A stretch of DNA of 62,857 nt, filler included, from Trichomonas gallinae (Eukaryota), in assembly GCA_008369845.1 (NCBI GenBank). It is 6 parts of 6 records of this genome, joined end to end, with 100 filler letters (N's around TTAATTAATTAA, not from the genome) between each part and the next. Parts side by side here need not be neighbours in the genome. Positions count along the whole stretch, not along the records: positions 12,737 to 39,542 come from MRSU01000026.1; positions 39,643 to 49,251 come from MRSU01000027.1; 4 more parts are not named here. One strand, given 5' to 3'. The notes beneath the pieces are model-generated. The model was not told the origin of the DNA, did no database searches, and saw nothing but the letters and a program-made list of their open reading frames with translations. Both the position numbers and the translations under genes were made by a program. Below are positions 31,596-43,031 of the stretch, one piece after another (within the stretch, counting starts at the first letter, position 1; every line of letters starts with the position of its first letter).

Positions 31596-32570
31596 TTAAA
31601 GGTTTGGAAGGGCTGGAAGAGTTTTTGTGAGACTTTCCATGTCAAAGGTTGTTAAACGAGTTGGTCCATAGCTCTTCTGCTTAAGTATAAGGTTGGGGAT
31701 GAATGCTTTCTTCTGCATCGGCAATGGCTGTTTGAGCATCGGTTTTGTTATCAAGTTGAAGCCGCTGAAACGACGTTTTCTTTCATCGCGTGGTTTAACG
31801 AAGTAGGTCATCTTCAATATATCCGCAGCCGATGGTCGTGTTTTTGTATTCATATCTAAACACCTTGTGATTACTTGAAGAAGAAGTGGATCTATCTGCC
31901 TTCTAAACATCTGCATCTTCAATTCATTTTCGTTCAGCATAACTTGATTATTTTTATCGAAAGATGGATATGCACTAAAAGCCATGTAATATATGGCAAT
32001 ACCAAGTGACCAGATATCCGCAACCATTGGGTTGTATTCGAGCCTTGTTGTGACTTCAGGAGCCAAATATTTTCTTGTACCTTTCATTTTATGCGCCGAT
32101 GGATGGTCATAGCATATCGAAGAGAGTCCAAAGTCTCCAAGTTTGATTCTACCATACCGATCTATCATGAAATTTGATGGTTTAATATCGCAATGTGCGA
32201 TTTTCATATCGTGACAGGTTTTTACGGCAGTTACCATGCCATTGACGGTTGCAAACAGTTCACCTTCGGTTAGAGTTTTTTTATATTCTATAAATCTGCA
32301 AAGATCATTAGGACAATATTCCATTAGAAGGTAAGTATTGTTTTCAAACGTATATGTGTTATAAAGCCTAACGAATCTAGGATCATCGAGAGACTTTAAA
32401 CATTCGATTTCGCTGCTATTAAAGTTCTCTTTCGGTATTCTTTTCAGCGCAAAATTCATATCATACTGCTTCGAAAAGGCATAAAAAACAGCTCCATACC
32501 CTCCATGGGCAATGATGTCGCGGACTTCTACCCCCTGCGTCGCGAGATATTGGACTTCTTTTTCGTCCAT
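31596..32570 (-). CDS. Ser/Thr protein kinase (CAMK-like)
   Basis: GGYGAV, ALK, HCDIKPSN, DFG, GT..YLAPE, DIWSLG. First ATG is at 32570 (the track start is TTG). Confidence 0.92.
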   Translation of the reverse strand: MDEKEVQYLATQGVEVRDIIAHGGYGAVFYAFSKQYDMNFALKRIPKENFNSSEIECLKSLDDPRFVRLYNTYTFENNTYLLMEYCPNDLCRFIEYKKTLTEGELFATVNGMVTAVKTCHDMKIAHCDIKPSNFMIDRYGRIKLGDFGLSSICYDHPSAHKMKGTRKYLAPEVTTRLEYNPMVADIWSLGIAIYYMAFSAYPSFDKNNQVMLNENELKMQMFRRQIDPLLLQVITRCLDMNTKTRPSAADILKMTYFVKPRDERKRRFSGFNLITKPMLKQPLPMQKKAFIPNLILKQKSYGPTRLTTFDMESLTKTLPALPNL

Positions 32571-32597
32571 CTGAAATTCAGAGATTTTTTCAGTTGC

Positions 32598-32900
32598 TTT
32601 CAATTTAGAAAGGTTGTAAAAATATTTGTTTCATCTAACCATATATAGCTTATATTTAAATTTTTTTATTGTTTTGAATTCTGAAAACTTGAAAACTATT
32701 TGTTTTATCTATTCATATATAGCATAAATTCTGGATTATTTTCGTTTTCTTTCAATTTTCAAAAGTTGCAAAAAATATATCTTGCGTTATATATATATTT
32801 CTTATTAGATCTAAAATTATTTTCAATACTTTTGAATTTTGAAAATTTAAAAAAAAAATTGTTTTGTCTGCATATATAGCTTGTATTTTAAAATTTAAAA
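32598..32900. repeat. Four degenerate ~75-80-bp units upstream of the kinase
   Basis: Recurring TT(C/G)AATT..AAA..TTG.AAAA.TATTTGTTT..TCT...CATATATAGC block. Confidence 0.6.
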
Positions 32901-33653
32901 TTTTTTCCAAGTTTACACGATATCGTCATTATTTTATGACACACTTATATCATGTTAACAATGTTTTTTATGCAAGAATAAAAATAATGAATAATTTATC
33001 AGTTTTACATCAAATCAGTCAAATAATTTAAAAATCCAGCTATATACAGTATGTAGAATCTATTTTAAAATGTCATTGTTAAAAGCATAACGCTAAGACA
33101 ATTTTTTATTTATATTTCATAACATTGTCAGAGGATAAGTAAAAATGCCATAAAACTTTCTAAAATCGATTTTTGTTGGATACAAATCGAAATTATTTTT
33201 TTGTCAAATTTCCAATTTCGAATTTATTCATTTCATTCTACATGATACCTTCTGAATCCAAATCATCAAGTAAAGTTTGAGGCCGTTGACTGTAATACGA
33301 AATTTGATTGTGAATAAACATATTATTGAGTTCTGGTGCATTTATTAGTTGCCAAACATTTGAACCTGCAATCTACTATATCCTTCTTGTTGGAAATAGC
33401 AAATATTTACTATGAAAAAATATTCTAGACTTGACTAGGAGCTTTCTTTTTTATCTTAGAAAAGTCAGCATCTTTCTCATTATACTATAATGCTCAATAT
33501 GTCATATTTCGAAAAATAAAAATCGATAATAAACAATTTACGAATAGAATAAGCTGTCTAGGGGATGAGTATAGTAGTTTTATGAAAGATGAAATATTAA
33601 AAAAATGAAATTAGTGAATATTCGAATAATATAGGTACATTTATTTTCCATAT

Positions 33654-35912
33654 TTAATAGCAAAGGAGGGCCATGCGGTCTATGAAGTCCTTGAACTCCT
33701 GCTTAGTCTTGTCAGAAAGCAGACCTCTAATTTCATCAAGTGCAGCAGAGAAACTAGTCAAATTGTTAAGAACGAACTCCTTCAAGTTACCAAACAAGAG
33801 TCTCTCCATCATGACGCCGTTGATTTCCTTGTGGAGTTCGATGACCATCTCGAACAACTGCTTCATTGCCTCGAGGGATGCCTCGCTGTTGTGTGTGTTG
33901 CGGTACCATGAGAAAATGGAATTCATGACGTTGTGGAAAACATCCCATGTTGATGGCAACAAAAGGCGAGCCTTGGACTCATCTGTGTCTTCGAACATCC
34001 AGTTGAAATATGCTGAGATCTTGACGTTAACACTGAAATTAATAACATCATCGCAGATGAAAAGAACGATAACTTGCGCGAGTGTTGTTGGCTGTGATGA
34101 GAAAATACTATAAGCAGTGTCAACGAGCTGCTGGCCCATCCACTCGTGCTCTTCGACCTTGAAGTACTCAGAGACGTTCATCCACTGCTGCTTTATCTGT
34201 CCGCCGGCAGCTTCACCGCTTGTGATATTGAAGAACAATGTTTTGAGGAACAAAGAAAGTGTTCCGGCTTCACCGATCTTTGAGTTCGTCTCTGTAATAT
34301 ACTTCTGAATGTCATCGAAAGAGGCTTCCTTGAACTTCTCCTGCAGTGTCTTGATATCAGCCAAGTCTGACTCAGAGAGTTTAGGAGCGGCTGGAATAAG
34401 ATGGTGGAACTGAGGAGGAACTGACCTGACGATGAACTCCGGAGTGGAATAAAGGAAGACGTGTTCGATGAATGACTGGATGAAAAGTTTCCTTGAGTCT
34501 TCTTGTGTCTGGAGATTGGCAGCGGATTCCCAGCTCTCCCAGATAATTGGAGAAACGCGAGTAGCGTCGTTGAAGTTGCAGAAAAGATGAGCGAGAAGGT
34601 TAACAAGTCTACGGCTGCAGCAAACATCAAGTGTATTGTCATTCAAAACAGTTTCGACGCAATGCTGGAGCTCTGGAGTGATATCCTGGCGAGCTGTGAG
34701 AAGCTGTGCTAAGAGAGAGACGTGGAGGGCCATTGGATATGCAGAGCGAGGGATTCTAAGGCAGTCAGATAGAATGGCAGTGAAAATTGCTTCTGCGAAA
34801 CATGCGTGGATTGTTGGATCGTAAGTTGCGTTGCCGCGGAGTGATTCCTTGTCATCTGCAAGAGGGAGAGCAAGGAACATGTCTGTAAGAGATCCGAGAT
34901 CTTTGGAGAAAAATGTGATATAATCAAGACATATGTCTACTAAGACGGGGAAGTAGTCTTTGTCTGATGTGCATGTTTTGACGATGGTTGTTGGTGTCGG
35001 AGCCAAGTCTTGTGCACCGAATTCGAAATTAATTGCTGGAAGATCAACTGGGAATGACTTGTCTTTGAAAATTTCGGCGTATTTAGATGTATGGAAGTCG
35101 AAGCGTGTTGACTGAAGAAGGAGTTCTGTGATTGAGCGCGAATTTTCGGATTGATAATATCTGCTAACAAATGTGTAATCAACGAACGGACGAACCTTTT
35201 CGACAATGTCTTCGAGTTGAGAGTCATCGATTTCTTCTGGTGCTGTCCTGCAAATGAAAAGAATGACGCGTGCAATTGAATCACGACGGAAATCGCTTGC
35301 ATCGTCAAGCTTTGCGACAAGATTGTTGATAACATTGAGGAAAGAATCAACAGTGACGAGACGGTATGATGTTAAACAGACGAGAAATACGAGATATCGC
35401 TTAACTGTTGTGTATTTATCTTCGTTGAATGCTTTCGCGATTGCTTCTGGGATTTTTTCTGTGATGAGTGTCTTCTTGATGGCGTCTGCGTACTCGCTTG
35501 TATAATATCCGATGATTGCAGCAAGTGTGTCTGGATTTACTGGAATTGTTGCAATGCTATCCATCAAAATTTCAACAATTTTGGACGATGATGACTTGAA
35601 GATTGCGTCACCGATTTTTCTGATGAATTCTGGTGTTAATTTGAGTTCTGGATTCAAGCAGCGGCAAATTAATTGCGCAATGCGAACATCGGCTTCTGTG
35701 TAAAGTGTCTCCTTTTTCAGCTCTGATTTGTCAAGTTCGCCATTTTTCTCCTTTTTCTGTCTTTCTTCTTCAGATGAAAGTTCCGTTTGTGCGTCAACGA
35801 GGTGCCTGCCTTTTGTTTCCGGTGTTTCTTGGTTGCTGGATTCACCATCGACAATAATCCTGCCAAGATCGTCAAGCTTAGGCTGGTTTGTCGCTGCTGT
35901 TTCTTCAGCCAT
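33654..35912 (-). CDS. Nuclear cap-binding complex large subunit (CBP80/NCBP1)-like MIF4G protein
   Basis: Ordered blocks matching NCBP1: RYLVFL..L, FRRD, AIF..IL..CLRIP, LDVCCSRRLVNLLAHLFCNF...WESW, KLFIQ..IE....S...I..SVPPQFHHLIP..P. Confidence 0.65.
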   Translation of the reverse strand: MAEETAATNQPKLDDLGRIIVDGESSNQETPETKGRHLVDAQTELSSEEERQKKEKNGELDKSELKKETLYTEADVRIAQLICRCLNPELKLTPEFIRKIGDAIFKSSSSKIVEILMDSIATIPVNPDTLAAIIGYYTSEYADAIKKTLITEKIPEAIAKAFNEDKYTTVKRYLVFLVCLTSYRLVTVDSFLNVINNLVAKLDDASDFRRDSIARVILFICRTAPEEIDDSQLEDIVEKVRPFVDYTFVSRYYQSENSRSITELLLQSTRFDFHTSKYAEIFKDKSFPVDLPAINFEFGAQDLAPTPTTIVKTCTSDKDYFPVLVDICLDYITFFSKDLGSLTDMFLALPLADDKESLRGNATYDPTIHACFAEAIFTAILSDCLRIPRSAYPMALHVSLLAQLLTARQDITPELQHCVETVLNDNTLDVCCSRRLVNLLAHLFCNFNDATRVSPIIWESWESAANLQTQEDSRKLFIQSFIEHVFLYSTPEFIVRSVPPQFHHLIPAAPKLSESDLADIKTLQEKFKEASFDDIQKYITETNSKIGEAGTLSLFLKTLFFNITSGEAAGGQIKQQWMNVSEYFKVEEHEWMGQQLVDTAYSIFSSQPTTLAQVIVLFICDDVINFSVNVKISAYFNWMFEDTDESKARLLLPSTWDVFHNVMNSIFSWYRNTHNSEASLEAMKQLFEMVIELHKEINGVMMERLLFGNLKEFVLNNLTSFSAALDEIRGLLSDKTKQEFKDFIDRMALLCY

Positions 35913-36431
35913 TTTAATGTGGCGCGAAAAGTGACATATTTACATGGCAGATTTAACTTCATTCTGTCAAATAAGCATTTCGAATTTATTTTAGGGGGTG
36001 CATCCAATATTTTTTTAAATAACAAAGCTATAATAATATGTTGGTTGCCTTCCAATTTTGTAATGATAATCTAATGTTTTGTTGTTCAGTGTCTAAATTG
36101 ATGTTGATATTCCACATCATTTGATTTTTTAATTGATCTATAAATCTTTGTTATTTGATTATAAATATGATTTTGATATTTTGTTAGTGATTCTTTGTCA
36201 CATAATGAGATATAATGTTGCTTTGAACTGTATTTCATTGTGTAGCAAAGAGTTGTAATGTTTAATAACTATAAATAGTAAGTTAAATGATTTGTATTAT
36301 GCGGCGATTGAATACAAATAAAAATTTATAAAAAACAAGAAAATAATATGAGTGATAAAATTTGCTGGTCTCCGCAACAGGCTTTACCCTCGGTGTCGGT
36401 TACCCATGCGCAATTTCTGTTCCACTTCTTG

Positions 36432-38825
36432 TCATTCAGGGTCCTCGTCATTATAGCTAGGAGTTGGAATGCAAAGATCCATTATAACTTCTGTCTCAGA
36501 CATGTCTGCATTGAATTGAACATATTTCTTTGGATTTTGCGACATTTCTGTAGCAATTTCTGTTAATCCAAGCTTAACAAAGCAATCATGATAAAGGTGT
36601 AAGTCTCTGTAAGAACATACTTGTCCTGAAACAACAGATTGAACAAAAGCATTGATGACTTCTTGGCTGATTGGAGAGTTTCCGAATAAAATAGAACAAG
36701 CAACAAAATGGTTACACATGTATGTCAGTACTGTATCTTCTTCGTTATATTTCTCAGGCAAAATTGAAATTATTAATGATAAATCTAACTCATTAGAAAA
36801 CATTGTGCAAAGTGATAAAATCGCCAATGCTGATGCAGTGTCATTAGTATCTTCGATTGAATTCAAATTTTGCGAAAAGAAGATAAAAATCTCGTTAATT
36901 AATAATCCATGTAGTATTGCTTCAAAGAAGAAATTGCTGAAATCATAAACATAGGAAAACATCATATTGTCGTTAGAAAACTTCTCCAAAATCTTCTGCA
37001 CGTAATGAACAGAGAAAGACGAATTAGTTTTAAGTAAAAACTCTCCTAAAACTGCCATTTCTTGCAAACATTCTATATCCTGGTCAATTGTCTCCGAGTA
37101 TGCATTAAACAGTAATTCTGGACAAGACGAATCACCAACTCTCATTACAATGAAAGTCAGGCACTGTACAGCAGCAAATGTCCACAATATAGAACTTTCA
37201 GATTGATCGCTTGCAATCGTTGGCAAATTCGTCGATATGTCTCTTATTAGAGAGTTTTCTAGCAGCCTTTCATCGTGTATACATGAGAGCATAAACACCC
37301 TCAATATATCCTGCGATGGAGAACCTCCGTAGTTCTCTATAAGATATTTAACAACTAAAGCATCTACTGGCATTTGATTGAAATATTTAAGAACTCTGAA
37401 TAAATATTTTGCAAACATAGATGCGTGGACAGCTGAGTTGCTTTCGAGTAGTTTAGAGTGCGCTGCCAGTATTTCAACATGTATGCTGAAATCAATGATT
37501 CTTACGCATTTTGACAGCAAAAACAATGAAGTTACTTCATCGATAATATTTTTTGCATTGTTGATGTAAGAAATGACGAAATTGGACAATATTTTTGATG
37601 TTTCTTCACTCTTCATCATCTGCTTAGCGAAACACGCTGCAAAAACAGCACAATTTTCGGATATTTCCAGATTTTGAAAAATCAAAATTAAATCTTCTTC
37701 CGAATAATATTGGGAATCGGTCGACAACAGCTGCAATATTATATCTCTGAGTGGTTCTGTTTCATCGGATGTCTTGCAGAAGTTGTCTATAATAAACTGA
37801 TAAGGCTCAAAAGCTAATTTTTCTAATTCCTCTTGTTTCAAACTCAGCAAAGTAACAAGATATGATAGCTGCTCAATATTTGGAATAAAAGATGAGCCTA
37901 GGTATATAAATAATTGCGCGAAATTGCATTGCAATTTCGAGTCTGTAGTTTTTTCTGTTGAAATTAAAAATGCATTCCATGAAAATTCAACGCAATTCTG
38001 TATCAGCTCCGATTCTTCTGTTTCATCACTTTCTAAAACAATGCGAGCAATGCCAGAAAGCTTCGAAACAACGAATTCTAATAATTTTATTTGTGAATCA
38101 TTTGGATTTTCTGTTTGTGAAAAAATATTGAGTAAATTTAGAAGCATTTCAAGACATGAATCATAATTAGATTGCAAATCATCGTCAATCTCGCATGTTT
38201 TGCGAAATACGACATGAAAAGTCAATTCAAAATGTGTTGAGAATGCGTGATATAGTTCAATGCATTTCACAGGATCCGTGTAGTTGTTAATATCTATAAA
38301 TTGTTCGGTGAATCCAACAATAAAATCGTATATTTCGTTTGGAAATTCTTTGTTATAATTGATCAATGAGCGTGTAAGAATATACAAATATTGCAAAAAA
38401 TTAATGATTTGTTGATCGTTTTGAAGCATTTGAAATATTTCGATGCAATTTTGTAACGACGACTCCCATATTGGATGATAGATTTCGAATGTGTCTATAG
38501 AGTTACATAGTAAATCTCTCCAAAAATCTAGTACAGATTCAAAGTATTGATTTCCTAAAAATAAAATCGGGTGAAAATGCTGTAAAAATTCGAATCTCGT
38601 TTGTAGTTCTGTTTCTTCCCATAGAAATGACAGTTTTCTTTTGATAATACTTAAAACTACCCAACCGATCGAAACATTGATATTTTCTTGAAGAATAATC
38701 TGTATAAACTGCACCAAATCCTCCAAGGTTTGGATTGGTTCAAGCAGCTGAGCCTCAATTTGACTTCTTTCTTCGTCGCTTTGAGATTTTAAAAAAACAG
38801 CAATTAATTCTAAAATTTCACTCAT
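36432..38825 (-). CDS. HEAT/ARM-repeat protein, importin-beta-like
   Basis: N-terminal DEERSQIEAQL..IKRK..W pattern. All-helical acidic 797-aa ORF. Confidence 0.6.
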   Translation of the reverse strand: MSEILELIAVFLKSQSDEERSQIEAQLLEPIQTLEDLVQFIQIILQENINVSIGWVVLSIIKRKLSFLWEETELQTRFEFLQHFHPILFLGNQYFESVLDFWRDLLCNSIDTFEIYHPIWESSLQNCIEIFQMLQNDQQIINFLQYLYILTRSLINYNKEFPNEIYDFIVGFTEQFIDINNYTDPVKCIELYHAFSTHFELTFHVVFRKTCEIDDDLQSNYDSCLEMLLNLLNIFSQTENPNDSQIKLLEFVVSKLSGIARIVLESDETEESELIQNCVEFSWNAFLISTEKTTDSKLQCNFAQLFIYLGSSFIPNIEQLSYLVTLLSLKQEELEKLAFEPYQFIIDNFCKTSDETEPLRDIILQLLSTDSQYYSEEDLILIFQNLEISENCAVFAACFAKQMMKSEETSKILSNFVISYINNAKNIIDEVTSLFLLSKCVRIIDFSIHVEILAAHSKLLESNSAVHASMFAKYLFRVLKYFNQMPVDALVVKYLIENYGGSPSQDILRVFMLSCIHDERLLENSLIRDISTNLPTIASDQSESSILWTFAAVQCLTFIVMRVGDSSCPELLFNAYSETIDQDIECLQEMAVLGEFLLKTNSSFSVHYVQKILEKFSNDNMMFSYVYDFSNFFFEAILHGLLINEIFIFFSQNLNSIEDTNDTASALAILSLCTMFSNELDLSLIISILPEKYNEEDTVLTYMCNHFVACSILFGNSPISQEVINAFVQSVVSGQVCSYRDLHLYHDCFVKLGLTEIATEMSQNPKKYVQFNADMSETEVIMDLCIPTPSYNDEDPE

Positions 38826-38985
38826 TTCATATCTATATTTTTCCTTCTGAAATTCATATTTTTAATCATTAACAGCAAACAAATCGATTTTTACTCAAAT
38901 TCGAATAAGATTTTTCTTACTCTATTGATATTGAGCCTTAGTTACTAGAATATTTTCATAATATGAGAGATGTATCATATGACCA

Positions 38986-39045
38986 CAGATTATTCATTTG
39001 GGAGTTATTAAGAGCAGATTATTCATTTGGGAGTTATTAAGAGCA
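38986..39045. repeat. Perfect 29-bp tandem duplication
   Basis: CAGATTATTCATTTGGGAGTTATTAAGAG at 38986-39014 and 39015-39043. Confidence 0.95.
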
Positions 39046-39311
39046 CCTGAGCACATATTCAATGATAAAACAACAATAGTCTTCAGTGAATATGTTTTTC
39101 GTAGTCTTTTGGTAACATCGGATGAGATTATCTAGATGTGTTTATGACCTTGTGATAGATCTCAAAGCTATAAAGTATCATTTTTATGTACATTTGATTA
39201 ATATATTTAAGTTTCAGCTTAATTTGAATAAATCACACATATCAACAATCCTAAGTATCTTAAAATTAGTTCGAATTTCGCAAAAAATCGAGCTGAATCA
39301 CTTCTGATTAT

Positions 39312-39486
39312 CTTCTAATTTTAGACAAAATTCAAGGAAATCTTAGCTGTGATCATATGATACATTTCTACATAATCACATATACGATTTTCATGAGAGA
39401 AAAATAACTTAGATAATATTCTGATTTTCGACAAAACCAAATCAAATCTTGCCTGTGATTGTATGATGCACTCCTACATCACATTA
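39312..39486. repeat. Diverged duplication with ~107-bp period
   Basis: TTTT(A/C)GACAAAA...AAATCTT..CTGTGAT..TATGAT.CA.T.CTACAT occurs twice. Confidence 0.7.
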
Positions 39487-39498
39487 GATAACATCATG

Positions 39499-39529
<31 letters not shown>

Positions 39530-39542
39530 CTTGTAGAGAAGG

Positions 39543-39642
39543 NNNNNNNNNNNNNNNNNNNNNNNNNNNNNNNNNNNNNNNNNNNNTTAATTAATTAANN
39601 NNNNNNNNNNNNNNNNNNNNNNNNNNNNNNNNNNNNNNNNNN
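39543..39642. other. Assembly gap spacer (flanked by long poly-T runs)
   Basis: N44-TTAATTAATTAA-N44. Confidence 0.98.
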
Positions 39643-40033
39643 AAAAAATAAGATCTTCTTTTTTTTTTTTTTTTTTTTTTTTTGCAAGAAGTAAAAAAGA
39701 AATCGACTCGTGTCGCTAGAATCATGAAAGATTATTCATGGGGTATAACTTATAAGTTAAAACAAAGAAAATTATTTAAAAACGTATTTTTGACATGTTA
39801 CCCACTTTTCCCCCTGGGGTATCGCAAAACACGTGGGTGGGTTACCTTGCGACATCCTTGGTTCATCGAAAAACTGTAAATTAGCTGGTTCGTCAAGGTA
39901 TTTATTGTAAAATTCGATCATTGCTTGAATGTCGATTGTGCAAAGTAGTTTCTATGCAATGCAATGCATTAGCCGTTGACAAACTTAAACCGACAATAAC
40001 ATTCTCTAGATGATCAATAAAATCCAGAAACAC

Positions 40034-40077
40034 ATCTTGCATTGTTTATGGTATGGAAAATCTTGCATTGTTTATGG
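40034..40077. repeat. 18-bp direct repeat
   Basis: ATCTTGCATTGTTTATGG at 40034 and 40060. Confidence 0.85.
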
Positions 40078-40175
40078 AAATTCAATAGATTTTGACAGGC
40101 AATAAATAGATTGTATGTGATTCATAGTCGTTTTGTATTAAATTTTTCAAATTTACGTTTCAAAAAGCAAGAGTT

Positions 40176-43031
40176 ATGAATGTCGCGGATTCTACCCAAG
40201 ATGCTGACGATTCGATCAACTTTGCTGATTTAGAACAAAGCTTTAGCCGCGTTGTTCAAGAAATGGTGAATGATAAATCACTAGAAAAGTTCAGAATTGA
40301 ATATGAAAAACTCCATGAAGCGTTAATTGCATCGCATGAACATAATACGATACTAGTTGCTAAATGTAACGAATTGAATGAAGATATTTTAAAAAATACT
40401 AAACAAATTACGAATATTATTTCCTTAACACAAGCAGATCAACGCACAATCAACACTTTACGGCAAGAATTCGAAAAAGCATGGATAATAGTTGAAGAAT
40501 CTACTAACAAAGAACAACAAGCGCGCAGAATTATCAATAATTTGAAAGATGAAGTGGATAATTTATCTGGTTTAATTTCACAGAGTGGAAATATACATGA
40601 TGATGAAGAAATACCATTACAAGATGTTCAAAAGGAAATTAACGCATTAAAATCCGAAATTCAAAATAATAACGAGAAAATTACCGAGCTTATGCAAAAT
40701 ATAGAATCGACAAAAGAGAAATATTTCGGTATTAAAGATATTATCAAAACTTTTCCACCAATTATCGAACAGAATACTACAGATATTCAACTGACATCTG
40801 ATGATATCAATAAAATCCATAATGTTAGCCTAGAATATCATTATTGCATGAATGCTATCCAATTATCTATTGCGAAATCAAATTTAGACTCAAATGAAAT
40901 AGATGACAAAATTTCTGAGAAAAAAGAAGAAATCAAGGATTTAAACAGAAGGTTAGCGAATGTTAAGAACTCAATGGCAATATATATTGATGAAAGAACA
41001 AGTATCGACAAAATTGTAAATGAACTAAAAATTAATCTTCATGAAGCTAAGACACAAACTGATTTGTCGCAGCGCCAATACAATGAAAAGCTGGAAAAGT
41101 ACAACTATATAGTTCAAAATAATCAAGATTTACCAAATAAAATAGTTCAGCTTGATAATGAAGCCAAAGAACTTATTTCCGATCAACAGAAAATAAAGAA
41201 ATACAAAGACAAGCTGACTGAAGCTAAACTAGAGTACAGAATGTGTTTTTCCAAAAATCGAGATTTGACACTAGATGCAAAACGCGAAATAAATGGCGAA
41301 GTATTGGAAACACGAATATATAGACTCAATATTGATACAGTTGAGAAGCAAACTCGAGGGCTCGAAAAACTTGTTGAAAAACAAGAATCTGAAACACAAC
41401 AGCAAAGAATTCAGCAAGAAGCTGCACAAAAAGATATTAACAATGTAAAACTTGTCAAGTTGGAGCTCTACAAAATAATAATACAATTACAAGAAGATAT
41501 CCGAAAAAATGTAGATCAATCCCGAGAATTCAACAGCCATATCCAGCACGAAGAGCAAATAACTGCGAAAACAAAGAAAATGATTGATGAAGCCAATATT
41601 AAACTCAACGCAATTCAATTAGACATAAAAAGGGTCAATCAATCTAAAGATATAATGAGAAATGAGAGAGATTTCGTTGGTCAAAAATTGAAACTCGAAA
41701 AAGGCCAAACAGATGGAATCAAAAAATCTTATGAAACGAGTAAGCGACAAACTGAGGGACTGAAAGAAGAAATCATGGAACTAGATGATAATGGGATCAA
41801 AGAACATCTCAAGTTGCTCCATTTTGAAGATGAGCTTGAAGAATTATTAAAAGCCAATGAGAAAACGAGAAATAATACACTTCAAAAACTAGCTGAAGCA
41901 AAAGTCATGGAAAAGAATGTTTTGAATCACAGGCACATTCTCGCAGAATCTGAAATTGATATCGAAAGTATAAAACGCAATCTCAATAATTTGCAGGCTT
42001 CAATAAGCCTAATAACGAACAATATTGCAGAGAAACTCGTTGAAAAACAAAATCAAAAATCCAATATTGTTGCAATGAATAATATTTTAAATCAAAACGT
42101 TAGATCATTTGAGGCTTTAATTTCTAAGATTGCTAACCATAAAGTTACACTCAGTCAGGAACTAAAGCGTCAAGAAATGCTCAGAAGAAAAATCGAAATC
42201 ATGAAAACGTTAAAACAAGAAGCTATCCGATTAGAAAAAGAACTTATATCAGCACAAAGCTATGAAGCGGCCATTGTCGAAGAATTAAGTAATCCAATAA
42301 CGATTTCTCGATGGATTTTCTTAGAATCAACAAATCCTGAGCTTGCATCATTGATGAGAATGAAATTAGCTTTACTGGATGAAATATCAAAGAAAATGAT
42401 GACACAACAAAAGTTAAATCTAAAAAAGAAAGATTTAGATGAAAAAATCGAAAAAGAAACGAGAAAAATTATCAAAACCAGAGGGACGGTTTTCGATGAT
42501 GAATACAACCTTCTGCAGGAAGAGCTCCGCAGGAAAACAAAGGAATTAAACGACTTCAAGATAAAATTGAAGCAAAATGCCGCAGCAGTAAACGAAATAT
42601 TTGAGGAGAAGGAAGAAGCAAAAAACCAGCTTAGACTTGAAAGGAATGAAGTACAGATAATGAAACAGAGGAATTTGTCGGCTAGAGCCTCAGCAACTGG
42701 TAAGTCATCGAAGGGTAAATTCAACGAAAAGGTGAAAGGAAGAGATATGATGTTCGTTGGCGGTGGATTCGCTTACGGAGGAACACAGAACGTTCCTCTA
42801 ATAGCTCCACCAACGCAGATAATCAGGGCAAAGAAAGACAAATTCCTACCAACACTTGATATTCACGAGAAAACAGACTTAAGAAGGAGGCGTCCATCTA
42901 AGTGCTCATCATCTCGATCAAGCCAATTTGATACAGTAGAATTCGAAGTTAAGCCTCCATCAAGTAGATCGCAGAAATCAAAGAATCCGAGAAGCTCAAG
43001 AAGAAGAATGAAAAAAGCAGTTGATAAATAA
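40176..43031 (+). CDS. Flagellar coiled-coil protein, CFAP58-like
   Basis: DKSLEKFRIEYEKLH..L..SH....LVAKCNELN and EELSNP..I.RW..LE..NP match CFAP58/CCDC147 blocks. Confidence 0.8.
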   Translation: MNVADSTQDADDSINFADLEQSFSRVVQEMVNDKSLEKFRIEYEKLHEALIASHEHNTILVAKCNELNEDILKNTKQITNIISLTQADQRTINTLRQEFEKAWIIVEESTNKEQQARRIINNLKDEVDNLSGLISQSGNIHDDEEIPLQDVQKEINALKSEIQNNNEKITELMQNIESTKEKYFGIKDIIKTFPPIIEQNTTDIQLTSDDINKIHNVSLEYHYCMNAIQLSIAKSNLDSNEIDDKISEKKEEIKDLNRRLANVKNSMAIYIDERTSIDKIVNELKINLHEAKTQTDLSQRQYNEKLEKYNYIVQNNQDLPNKIVQLDNEAKELISDQQKIKKYKDKLTEAKLEYRMCFSKNRDLTLDAKREINGEVLETRIYRLNIDTVEKQTRGLEKLVEKQESETQQQRIQQEAAQKDINNVKLVKLELYKIIIQLQEDIRKNVDQSREFNSHIQHEEQITAKTKKMIDEANIKLNAIQLDIKRVNQSKDIMRNERDFVGQKLKLEKGQTDGIKKSYETSKRQTEGLKEEIMELDDNGIKEHLKLLHFEDELEELLKANEKTRNNTLQKLAEAKVMEKNVLNHRHILAESEIDIESIKRNLNNLQASISLITNNIAEKLVEKQNQKSNIVAMNNILNQNVRSFEALISKIANHKVTLSQELKRQEMLRRKIEIMKTLKQEAIRLEKELISAQSYEAAIVEELSNPITISRWIFLESTNPELASLMRMKLALLDEISKKMMTQQKLNLKKKDLDEKIEKETRKIIKTRGTVFDDEYNLLQEELRRKTKELNDFKIKLKQNAAAVNEIFEEKEEAKNQLRLERNEVQIMKQRNLSARASATGKSSKGKFNEKVKGRDMMFVGGGFAYGGTQNVPLIAPPTQIIRAKKDKFLPTLDIHEKTDLRRRRPSKCSSSRSSQFDTVEFEVKPPSSRSQKSKNPRSSRRRMKKAVDK

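Noticed and set aside
38986..39045. 29-bp repeat of CRISPR-like length
   Set aside because: Only two adjacent copies with no spacer, in a eukaryotic context. It is a simple tandem duplication.
39502..39683. Long poly-T tracts as retroelement tails
   Set aside because: Both abut a gap, with no TSD or retroelement sequence visible. They are more likely the homopolymers that broke the assembly.
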